Part shown: positions 10,769 through 18,908 of the stretch, piece after piece | How the letters are laid out: each line of letters begins with the position of its first letter | Position numbering within the stretch: position 1 is the stretch's first letter | Source of the DNA: Bradymonadia bacterium | GTDB taxonomy: Bacteria > Myxococcota_A > Bradymonadia > UBA7976 > UBA1532 | DNA: 64,000 nucleotides | Assembly: GCA_046290225.1 (NCBI GenBank) | Contig: JBKAGE010000034.1 | Location: 448,001-512,000 of the forward strand | Direction: 5' to 3' | Notes under the pieces: model-generated | What the model was told of the DNA's origin: nothing | What the model saw: only the letters and a program-made list of their open reading frames with translations | Databases searched by the model: none | Translations under genes and position numbers: made by a program

Positions 10769-11740
10769 TCAATCGTCTTCGTGACGACGTGCCTCGGCGC
10801 GGATTAAAAAAGCCGACTTTCTGCTGCCTACAGCGAGACGATGCGCGAAGAGCTCTGCCGTCAGGGTCTCCAGCAGCGCGTAGACCTCGGATCCTGGGGT
10901 GCACATCGGGCGATGCGCCCTCACCCGCTTCTCGAGAGCCTCCAAGCTCTCCAGCCAATCGTCGTACTCACCCAACATCATCGCCAGCAGATCGGACTCT
11001 GCCGCTGCAGAATATTGGGGCGCAGGTTGAGACTGCGCTGCCCCGAGATCCAGGGTGGTGGCCAGCAATGGGTGGGGCTGTTGAGGGGTCGGCGTACGAT
11101 GCACCACCGGCCGATGGCCCGGGGGTGTCACTTGGGCCATCTCCTTCGAAATGCGCACCTTGAGCGCCCTCAACTCACCCTCCACCCCTTGTTGCTCGTG
11201 CTGCGCCACCCTGAGCGCTCGCTGAGACTCGGCCAGTCGACACTCCAGGGCGTCGACGCTGGCTTGGCTCTCTTTGAGAGACTCCTCGAGGTGCATCACA
11301 TAGCTCTTGAGCGCCTCTTTGTCCGTCGGGTGTCGCTCTTGCGAGGATCCGTTGGAGGGTGACTTCGCCGCCTCGGCGAGGGCCGCCCCATCTACAGAGG
11401 CATCTGCTTCTTCGAGAAACTGGAGGACCAGACTGCCACAACGGATCAGATCACGACTGCTCAGTCGCTCGACATCGATGGACTCATCATTGAGCAATGT
11501 GCCATTGGCCGAGCCCAGATCCCGGACCAGAAACCCGTTTCGATCAGCGATCACCTCGCAGTGCCGACGCGAGACGCTGGCATCAGCAGTGACCAGATCA
11601 CAATGGGGGTGGCGACCGACGACGATGGATTTACGCCCTGGCGCGAGCAGAATCTCGCGCTGGCGCCCGCCTCGATCGATGTAGACCAGCCTCGCAGTCA
11701 CGAGAGATATCTCCGCTGACGTCCCAGTGTGGTTCGGCAA
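10769..11740 (-). CDS. FHA-domain protein with coiled coil
   Basis: FHA motifs VGRHP, SVSRRHC, DLGSANGT; heptad-rich middle. Start codon uncertain. Confidence 0.85.
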   Translation of the reverse strand: MPNHTGTSAEISLVTARLVYIDRGGRQREILLAPGRKSIVVGRHPHCDLVTADASVSRRHCEVIADRNGFLVRDLGSANGTLLNDESIDVERLSSRDLIRCGSLVLQFLEEADASVDGAALAEAAKSPSNGSSQERHPTDKEALKSYVMHLEESLKESQASVDALECRLAESQRALRVAQHEQQGVEGELRALKVRISKEMAQVTPPGHRPVVHRTPTPQQPHPLLATTLDLGAAQSQPAPQYSAAAESDLLAMMLGEYDDWLESLEALEKRVRAHRPMCTPGSEVYALLETLTAELFAHRLAVGSRKSAFLIRAEARRHEDD

Positions 11741-11761
11741 GCATCGTCCCTCAGGTGGTGC

Positions 11762-12409
11762 TCAATCACCACCCTCGATGATTTGCGCCAGCCGAACCCG
11801 ATCCACAATCTCTGCGAGACGATACTGAACATCGGCGTCGAGCTCTACAAAGCGAAAGGCCACATTGCCATCTTCGTAGTGTTGAACCACTTCGCCTTGG
11901 ACCACAACATGATCACCGCCCTTGTGACCGGGCACGTGCAATCTGAGCTCCGCGAACTCCCCTGGCGTCCAGTTGCCAGGCAAGGTGGCGCGCATGCCGC
12001 TGGGGCTGAGGACCACCTCTTCCACGCTCCACGCACCATCTTGCGGCACCACCGACAAATGATTGGCTCGGGGCAGGCGCTGGCCAACCCGTCGCGCGAG
12101 TAGACGCACGGTCACCTCAGCGCGGCCGTAGAGTCGTCGGTCACATGGCTTGAGCTCGGCGAGCAACTTGAGGCATGCAACGAAATCGCCCACCTCCACC
12201 AGCTCGACACGGGCGCGATAGACCGCGTCGTCGGTCTGCACCGCGATGACCCCCATGAGGCCCTCTTCCGGAGGGCGATCACCAGAGGTGCGCAGGGTGA
12301 GGGTCTTGGCGCCCCCATGCGTCACATAGCCGACCAGCGTCTTCAGCTGCCGGCCGTCCATGAAGTACAGCCGGGCTTCGTGGCCGACGGCTTCAGCTTC
12401 AGTCAGCAT
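11762..12409 (-). CDS. PilZ-domain protein
   Basis: RRLYGR (RxxxR), LSPSGM, C-terminal VQGEVV...VAFRFVEL. Confidence 0.75.
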   Translation of the reverse strand: MLTEAEAVGHEARLYFMDGRQLKTLVGYVTHGGAKTLTLRTSGDRPPEEGLMGVIAVQTDDAVYRARVELVEVGDFVACLKLLAELKPCDRRLYGRAEVTVRLLARRVGQRLPRANHLSVVPQDGAWSVEEVVLSPSGMRATLPGNWTPGEFAELRLHVPGHKGGDHVVVQGEVVQHYEDGNVAFRFVELDADVQYRLAEIVDRVRLAQIIEGGD

Positions 12410-12512
12410 GCCGCCTCCCAGTTCAACATCAGGCCAGTTTATCGGTCAGGTGAGGGGTGAACTCAACAGCTGGATGCATGAGGTGGGTCCTCAAAGGTGG
12501 GCTCAGGGGGCT

Positions 12513-12971
12513 TCAGTGAATGCCGGCCTCGTCGAGATCGGTCTCGGGCACGCCCACCTCGAGGAGGATCTCGCGGGTCAGATCGTTCTTCGCAGCATAA
12601 TCAGGGAGGATCACCAGGAACTCCTGGCGCAGCTCGTCGGGGGCCTTGCGGGTGAGGCTGGCCTCGAGCTTCTGCTTGCGGGCCATCCAGATGGCACGCT
12701 CCGAGGGGAGCAGGGGCAGCTGCTTCTCGATGGTGCCGATGCGCTTGCCGTTCTTGAAGACGGGGGCCTTCTTGATCCGGGTACCCCGCTCGAGCATCTC
12801 CTCGATCTCGTCGATCTTGGCGCGGTTCTTCTCGACCGCCCGGCCCTGAAGCGCCTTGAGGTACTTGTTGAAGATGCCGCGCTGCGACTTGGAGATGGCA
12901 CCCTTCTCCCGAGCCTCAGCCGTGATGTTGCCGCGTCGGCCCTTGCCCTTGGTCTTGGCGCTCGCTGCCAT
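12513..12971 (-). CDS. Small basic hypothetical protein (152 aa), candidate nucleoid-associated protein
   Basis: ATG 12971 with AAGGGG upstream; Lys/Arg-rich N-terminus; strongly biased codons; own promoter. Confidence 0.85.
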   Translation of the reverse strand: MAASAKTKGKGRRGNITAEAREKGAISKSQRGIFNKYLKALQGRAVEKNRAKIDEIEEMLERGTRIKKAPVFKNGKRIGTIEKQLPLLPSERAIWMARKQKLEASLTRKAPDELRQEFLVILPDYAAKNDLTREILLEVGVPETDLDEAGIH

Positions 12972-13105
12972 GCTGTATCCCCTTTTCACCCGAGAGCAAC
13001 GCTTCGATGAAGCCGTCCTACTCTGTCATCGGTCTTGAATGGTATGTGTATGTAGTTTGGGCACTTTATGCGTCTGAAAGATCAGCGCATGTCATTGCCG
13101 GCCAG

Positions 13106-13134
13106 AATCTAGTTGTGGTCCTTGGGCGAGTCAA
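13106..13134 (-). promoter_or_regulatory. Near-consensus sigma70 promoter for the small basic protein
   Basis: TTGACT (13134-13129), 17 bp, TAGATT (13111-13106). Confidence 0.7.
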
Positions 13135-13169
13135 ACACTTCGACACAAAGGCACCACAATGGGTCAAAC

Positions 13170-16100
13170 TCAGTCTCTCAGCCAGATTCGAGAGCGTCGA
13201 CGAGCAGCACACTCGAAGAGGTCTGCATCTCCGTCACCGTCGACGTCCAACACAGCGAAGTCAGCTGTGGCAACCGGTGTCTGTCCAACCAAAGCATCGC
13301 TGCCATCAAAGAAATTGGCGGTGCCATCGTTGAGGAGAATGAAGCTATTGACCGCATCGATCTGGCCATCTTGGAACAAGAGGCCGTATCCACCCACGAG
13401 GATGTCGAGATCACCGTCGTCGTCGAGATCGACGCTCACCGTTTCGAAGGCCGGGATGAGGGGCAGCCCTTGATTGCGCTCATGGGCCGGCTCGAACTGC
13501 CCGGTGCCGTCATTGAGGAAGATGCCCAGAGCCGGCTGGTCGGGCAGAGAGAGGCCTTCGATGTAGTCTTGAGGCAAGAGGACGTCGAGATCACCGTCGC
13601 TGTCGATGTCGGCCATTTCTGCGTGCAGCCAGTCACCGAGCAAGCTGTTGAAGGGTGACGGGCGGAAACTCAGGTTTCCAGGGACGTCACGACTCACCAG
13701 CAGACGGTTCTCGGCGGTCCTGAAGGCGTCGCTCAGGTTGTCGACCACAAGCACAGCGTCGGGCAGGCCGTCTCCGTCCACGTCACCAAACTCCACATCG
13801 TGGTCATGGACGTCACCTCGGCTGAAATAGACCTGATCGGAGATGTTCTGGTCGAAGATCCCTCGCCCATTGTTCAACAACAAGGTCTCAGGGCCATCGA
13901 CGTTGGCATTCTCCGGGTCACCAGTGTTGGCCAGGAAGATGTCGACGTCTCCATCCCCATCGATGTCGACGAGGGCAGCATCGTAGCTCGGTCCACCCAC
14001 CGGTATGCTGTTGTCAGGCTGGAAACGGCCACCTTCGTTTCGGAAGAAGCTATTGCTGGCGCTGGACAGGTTCGCCACGAACAAATCGAGATCGCCGTCG
14101 CCTTCTACGTCACCGAGAGAGACGTTCATCCCGTTCCCTTCTCGGGCGAGGGTGACCGACTCGAACCGACCATCAGCGCGCCCATAGTGCACCGTGGGAG
14201 GCTGCTCGATGCGCCCCACCATCCCCACAGAGCCGTTGGCCACCACAAGATCAGTAAAGCCATCTGCGTCGATATCTGCGGTCAGTACGTCATTGCAGTC
14301 ACCTTCAGGCTCGAAACGGGCATCGCCGTCGTCGTCGAATGCACGATAGGTGAAGCCGCCGGCGATGCGGGCACCGCGACGGTCGACGTTGAAGACAGAG
14401 ATCTCGGCCCCTCCTCGCACACCTGTGGGCGTCGTCAGCAGCCAACGCTCTTCGGAGAGTTGCGTCAGGGCTCGGGGCCTCTGGCCACCGATGCGCACGT
14501 CGAGACCAGCCCTCAAATCCACGCCCGTGAGCTCGACATTGGTGTATCCCGGGGTCAAACCTTCGTCGGGCCTCAACGCCGGGGCGATGTACTCGATGCC
14601 TTCGGCCCTGCCTGCCTCCCCCCCATCGGGGTTCACCACCAGCACGTCGGCAGGACCCGCTTCTCCTGGGGGTACGACCACCCTCAGCAAGGCATCACAC
14701 CCAGTGGTCACGGGGATCACTGACTCCGCGGCGACGCCATCGAAGAAGACCCGAGCGCCTGCCTCCAGGTCTCCCCCTTCGATCTGGGTCACGGTGCCAC
14801 CCCAGATCGGGTGAGTCGTGACGTCGATGTCGGTGATGATGGGTCGGACGCCGTACTCGGCGAGATTGTCCACCCGCGCCCGTCGACCATCAGGGTTCAC
14901 GACCTCGACTCTGACCGGCCCGGGAGGTCCGGGGGGCACCCTCAAGAGGGCGCTCATGCCATCAGGATCGATCTCGATGACTTCAGCGGGTACGCCGTTG
15001 AACAAGAACTGAGCGCCAGGCTCGAAATTGGCCCCCGTGAGTACGACTTCAGTGGGCCCACAGCGTGCGAGAACCGGCGTATCGAGCGTCTCGATCATCG
15101 GCGGCCCCACATACCTGAAACTGGTGGGGGCCACGTCGAACTGTCCGTCGGGGTTGATGACCGTGACATCGATGATGCCCGCGACCCCTGCCGGCGTGAT
15201 GCAGCTGAGCTGTCGCCCGTCGGGCGAGACAACGACATCGCTCGCCGGGCGCTCGTCGAGCAGGACGACGGCAGGTGCCCTGAAGTCCCGCCCGATGATC
15301 TGCATGGGGGTGCCGCCGAGGTCCGGGCCGGTCTCGGGCTGGAGTGCCTCGATCTCCGGCGGCGGCCAGTACGTGAACGCACCAGAGAGTCTGGACCGCT
15401 GACCGTCGGCTGCGACCCATTCGATGTCGTACACCCCTGCAGGTTGTGGCGGACTCTCGGCGAGCATACGGGTGTCGTCTATCCGCCTGACCGCGCTCGC
15501 CTCTGCGCCACCGAAGAGCACACGCCCCTCTTCACCGAGTGCCTCACCTGTGAGCATCACCAGGGTGCCGCCGAGCGTAGGGCCTTCTCGGGGGACGGCA
15601 GAGAGCAGTACTGGCGGCGGCTCGTAGGTAAAGGCCCCTGGGAGGGTCGTCGTCAGGCCCTGGCGCGCCACAAAGACATCTACAGCCCCCTGCTGCCCTG
15701 GTGGCGTCACCACAGACATCAAATGAGGCGAGATGATCTCGAGTTCACTGCCAACAGTGGCACCGAACCTGATTTCGGTGTCGAGGCTGAAGCCGCTGCC
15801 TTTCACCCATACGCGGGTGCCCCCGATGCTGGGACCTCGCTGAGGCGTGATGGCGTCTACATCAGGGGCCCTGCCTGCAGGGCCGATGAGCACTGTGGCT
15901 GGGGCATTGGGCGCGCTCGATGGCCACCGGGCCCGATCCCCGTTGGTGTCTCGAACCTCGATGAAGTAGAACAGGCGCGTGCCAGGCAGAAAGGGTGGGC
16001 CCTGAATACGACCCTCGAACCTGTCCCCCTGGCGCGACATGGAGATGCGGTAGCACGTGGGCAGGCCTGACTCCACCGCACCGTCCGAGGGCTCCTCCAC

Positions 16101-16538
16101 CTGAGCGTCTGGGAGGCCAGCGTCCTCTGGGCCACCATCACCCAGGCCTCCGTCCTCGACCGCCCCACCGTCGAGCCCGCCATCAGACACGACGCCGGCA
16201 TCCACGCGCTCTGCAGGCGGCTGGGCGTCGGGGCTCGTGCGGCTCAGGTCGAGGGTGGGCGGCGCCAGGCACAGGGCCGGCAGGAATGCCTCGGGACCGT
16301 CAGGACTGACAAAGAGAGTGGCCTGCGTCGGCCCGTCACCAGGCCGTACGTCGGCATAGACCACATATGGTCCGCCAGTATCATCGGTGTTTTCGACGAA
16401 GGTCACCTGCTGGATGCTGGGCACCTTGTTCGGCGAGCAGCCCCAGAGGCTGAGGGCAGAGAGGGAGTATAGGGCGACGAGGGTGAGGAAGAGGTGGCGC
16501 CGAGGCGCGAAATCAAGAGCCCCTGGCACGAACATCAC
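13170..16538 (-). CDS. Lipoprotein with six IPT/TIG domains and C-terminal FG-GAP/VCBS-like beta-propeller
   Basis: Lipobox LWGC; repeats P..GP..GGT.V...G; about seven DxDGDGDxD-type motifs. Confidence 0.88.
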   Translation of the reverse strand: MMFVPGALDFAPRRHLFLTLVALYSLSALSLWGCSPNKVPSIQQVTFVENTDDTGGPYVVYADVRPGDGPTQATLFVSPDGPEAFLPALCLAPPTLDLSRTSPDAQPPAERVDAGVVSDGGLDGGAVEDGGLGDGGPEDAGLPDAQVEEPSDGAVESGLPTCYRISMSRQGDRFEGRIQGPPFLPGTRLFYFIEVRDTNGDRARWPSSAPNAPATVLIGPAGRAPDVDAITPQRGPSIGGTRVWVKGSGFSLDTEIRFGATVGSELEIISPHLMSVVTPPGQQGAVDVFVARQGLTTTLPGAFTYEPPPVLLSAVPREGPTLGGTLVMLTGEALGEEGRVLFGGAEASAVRRIDDTRMLAESPPQPAGVYDIEWVAADGQRSRLSGAFTYWPPPEIEALQPETGPDLGGTPMQIIGRDFRAPAVVLLDERPASDVVVSPDGRQLSCITPAGVAGIIDVTVINPDGQFDVAPTSFRYVGPPMIETLDTPVLARCGPTEVVLTGANFEPGAQFLFNGVPAEVIEIDPDGMSALLRVPPGPPGPVRVEVVNPDGRRARVDNLAEYGVRPIITDIDVTTHPIWGGTVTQIEGGDLEAGARVFFDGVAAESVIPVTTGCDALLRVVVPPGEAGPADVLVVNPDGGEAGRAEGIEYIAPALRPDEGLTPGYTNVELTGVDLRAGLDVRIGGQRPRALTQLSEERWLLTTPTGVRGGAEISVFNVDRRGARIAGGFTYRAFDDDGDARFEPEGDCNDVLTADIDADGFTDLVVANGSVGMVGRIEQPPTVHYGRADGRFESVTLAREGNGMNVSLGDVEGDGDLDLFVANLSSASNSFFRNEGGRFQPDNSIPVGGPSYDAALVDIDGDGDVDIFLANTGDPENANVDGPETLLLNNGRGIFDQNISDQVYFSRGDVHDHDVEFGDVDGDGLPDAVLVVDNLSDAFRTAENRLLVSRDVPGNLSFRPSPFNSLLGDWLHAEMADIDSDGDLDVLLPQDYIEGLSLPDQPALGIFLNDGTGQFEPAHERNQGLPLIPAFETVSVDLDDDGDLDILVGGYGLLFQDGQIDAVNSFILLNDGTANFFDGSDALVGQTPVATADFAVLDVDGDGDADLFECAARRRSRIWLRD

Positions 16539-16556
16539 CTCCTCGGGGTTGAGCGC

Positions 16557-17000
16557 TTACTGGCCGAAAGTGTCGGCCTCTTCAGCGGTGGACACCACAT
16601 AAACCACGCCACCGGCGAGGATGGCCACGCCTGCGGCCACCAGAAGGGCGGTCTTGGACCCGCTCACCTGCTTGACGTTGCCCGTGTCGACATCACTCTT
16701 GAGGAGAAGGAGATCCTCGTCGGGCGCTACGAGCTGACCACGGGTCAGCGTGAAGTTGAAGGGCGAGATCTGGTGATACTGACCGCCCTTGTCGGTGACC
16801 CCAATCTTGGAGTTGGCGGTGACGTTGATCTCAGGGCCCTCTTCGGTCTTCACCTTCACAGCAGAAGACTCACCACCCTCTTGAACCTTGCCCAGCTCGT
16901 CCCAGGAGATTCGGTAGGTGTTGTAGCAGCCCAGTTGCCCGACCAGCAGGAGGGTGGCGGCCATCTTGGTCGCCGTCTTGAAAAGGGTCCGTCGCTTCAC
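16557..17000 (-). CDS. Small hypothetical lipoprotein with C-terminal hydrophobic helix
   Basis: GTG 17000 with GGAGG 9 nt upstream (track extends to 17033); lipobox QLGC; ALLVAAGVAILAGGVVYVV near the C-terminus. Confidence 0.8.
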   Translation of the reverse strand: MKRRTLFKTATKMAATLLLVGQLGCYNTYRISWDELGKVQEGGESSAVKVKTEEGPEINVTANSKIGVTDKGGQYHQISPFNFTLTRGQLVAPDEDLLLLKSDVDTGNVKQVSGSKTALLVAAGVAILAGGVVYVVSTAEEADTFGQ

Positions 17001-17345
17001 GCGCATCATCCTCCGGGCCCGTTGTGGTCCCATAGATATCGAGAGGCGCGAAATCTATCCGAGGTTGTTGGCTCTTGGAAAGTACAAAGGATTGCACCAT
17101 CGGGAATCCCCCCTTGCGGCCCCTTTCAGGCCCCCTCGAACGCTTGCGGCTCCACGCCCCCTCTGATATGGTCCGGCCATTGTCCGAATAATCTACAGTT
17201 GGCGTGCCAACATACCGTTGAAACTCATCAATCTCGGCGCTGTCCATACCCGTGAGTAAAGCATCCCCGTTGATGGCGATCATGTTTCTCGACATCGCGC
17301 GCTTTTCAGCAGTGTTCGACCTTGGTGGCAGGTGAGGCCCCGTAC

Positions 17346-18854
17346 ATGAGTGCTTGCCACAAGTGTGGTCATCCCATTGAAGGGCGCCCCAACTTCTGCC
17401 CGGCTTGCGGGGCCTCGCTGACGTTTAACGAAGGCGGTGAACTCACCACCACCGACCCCCTCATCGATCGCATGATCGACGGTAAGTTCACCATCGAGGG
17501 GCTCATTGGTGAAGGGGCTATGGGCCGGGTCTACCGTGCGCAGTATGCCCAGCTCAAAAAGCCGGTCGCCCTGAAGATTCTGCGTTCAAACCTGGTGAGC
17601 GATCCCACGGTGGTGAAGCGCTTCGAGCGCGAGGCCCTCGCTGCCAGTCGATTGAACCACCCCAACTGTATCTCGATTTACGGTTTCGGCTCCGAAGACG
17701 AGGGCGATCTGCTCTGGATGGCCATGGAGCTCGTCGAAGGGCGGGATCTCGGCACCATCATCGCCGAGGACTCTCCCCTCTCCACGTTACGGGTACTCCA
17801 CATCATGACCCAGGTGTGCGAAGCCCTCGACGAAGCCCATACAGCAAACATCATCCACCGCGATCTCAAGCCGGCGAACATCGTGTGCTTCAAGCACCGC
17901 CACAACGCCGACTTTGTGAAGGTGCTCGATTTCGGCATCGCTAAGATCGTCGATCCCGACACCGATCAGCCGGCCCTCACCCGCGACGGCATCGTGTGCG
18001 GTACCCCGGCCTACATGAGCCCCGAGCAGGTACAGGGCTTCGAGCTCGACCAGCGCTCCGACCTCTTCAGCCTGGGCATCATCTTGTACCAGGCCATCAC
18101 CAACCGCCTGCCCTTCTTCGACGAATCTGCTGTCGGTGTCGCCACCAAGATCGTCATCGAAGATCCACTGCCCCCTTCAGAGCAGCGTCCCGATTGGTCC
18201 TACCCCAAGGAGCTCGAGGCGGTGGTCATGCGGCTGCTGTCCAAGAAGAAAGAAGAGCGCTACGACAACGCCCTCGAGGTGAAGCGCGCCCTCCAAGAGG
18301 TGGACCGCATTCTCCGCGAGCGTCAGGACGTCTCTCTCGATCTGCCGCCAGATCAGGTGGCCAAACTCCTCGAGGAGATGGACAAAGAGCCCGCCATCGA
18401 GGGCTCCGAGACGCTGCAGCTCGAGACCGAGAAAGTCTCTCAGGCGCTCTCCAGCCCGGAGGTACCCGGCGTCGAGGCCAACCTTGCGCCTCTACCACCC
18501 CCGGTCCTCGACGAGGCACCAGAGCCGCCCTCATCGGTGACAGATCCCACGCTGACGCCTGATCAAAAGGTGCCTACGGTGACGCGTAATACCCCACGCG
18601 ACTCCGCACCCGATCAAGAAGACATGCTCATGGGTGCCCCCGCAGCCACTGAGCTGGCCCCCAACGGCCCAGGCTCGACACCAGACAATGATCTGCAGTT
18701 GATGACCGAGCCGGCCAGACGGCCCAACATGCCCAGCCCCCGGCCTGAGGATCGACCGGCCCGCAGAGATGGCGGCTCAGGCATGATGGTGGGTCTGGGC
18801 ATCATCACCCTCGCCGCCCTCGGCGCGGGCCTCTGGTTCTTCTTCGCCCGCTGA
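17346..18854 (+). CDS. Hanks-type Ser/Thr kinase with N-terminal zinc ribbon and C-terminal membrane anchor
   Basis: CHKC...CPAC; GEGAMG, VALK, HRDLKPAN, DFG, YMSPE; terminal TM helix. Confidence 0.95.
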   Translation: MSACHKCGHPIEGRPNFCPACGASLTFNEGGELTTTDPLIDRMIDGKFTIEGLIGEGAMGRVYRAQYAQLKKPVALKILRSNLVSDPTVVKRFEREALAASRLNHPNCISIYGFGSEDEGDLLWMAMELVEGRDLGTIIAEDSPLSTLRVLHIMTQVCEALDEAHTANIIHRDLKPANIVCFKHRHNADFVKVLDFGIAKIVDPDTDQPALTRDGIVCGTPAYMSPEQVQGFELDQRSDLFSLGIILYQAITNRLPFFDESAVGVATKIVIEDPLPPSEQRPDWSYPKELEAVVMRLLSKKKEERYDNALEVKRALQEVDRILRERQDVSLDLPPDQVAKLLEEMDKEPAIEGSETLQLETEKVSQALSSPEVPGVEANLAPLPPPVLDEAPEPPSSVTDPTLTPDQKVPTVTRNTPRDSAPDQEDMLMGAPAATELAPNGPGSTPDNDLQLMTEPARRPNMPSPRPEDRPARRDGGSGMMVGLGIITLAALGAGLWFFFAR

Positions 18855-18872
18855 CATCAGCGATTGAGTGCA

Positions 18873-18896
18873 CTGAGCCCCAGTACTGAGGCTCAG
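18873..18896. terminator. Hairpin between convergent kinase and CHAT-like genes
   Basis: CTGAGCC-CCAGTACTGA-GGCTCAG; no U tract. Confidence 0.35.
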
Positions 18897-18908
18897 CAGC
18901 CCTGGAAC

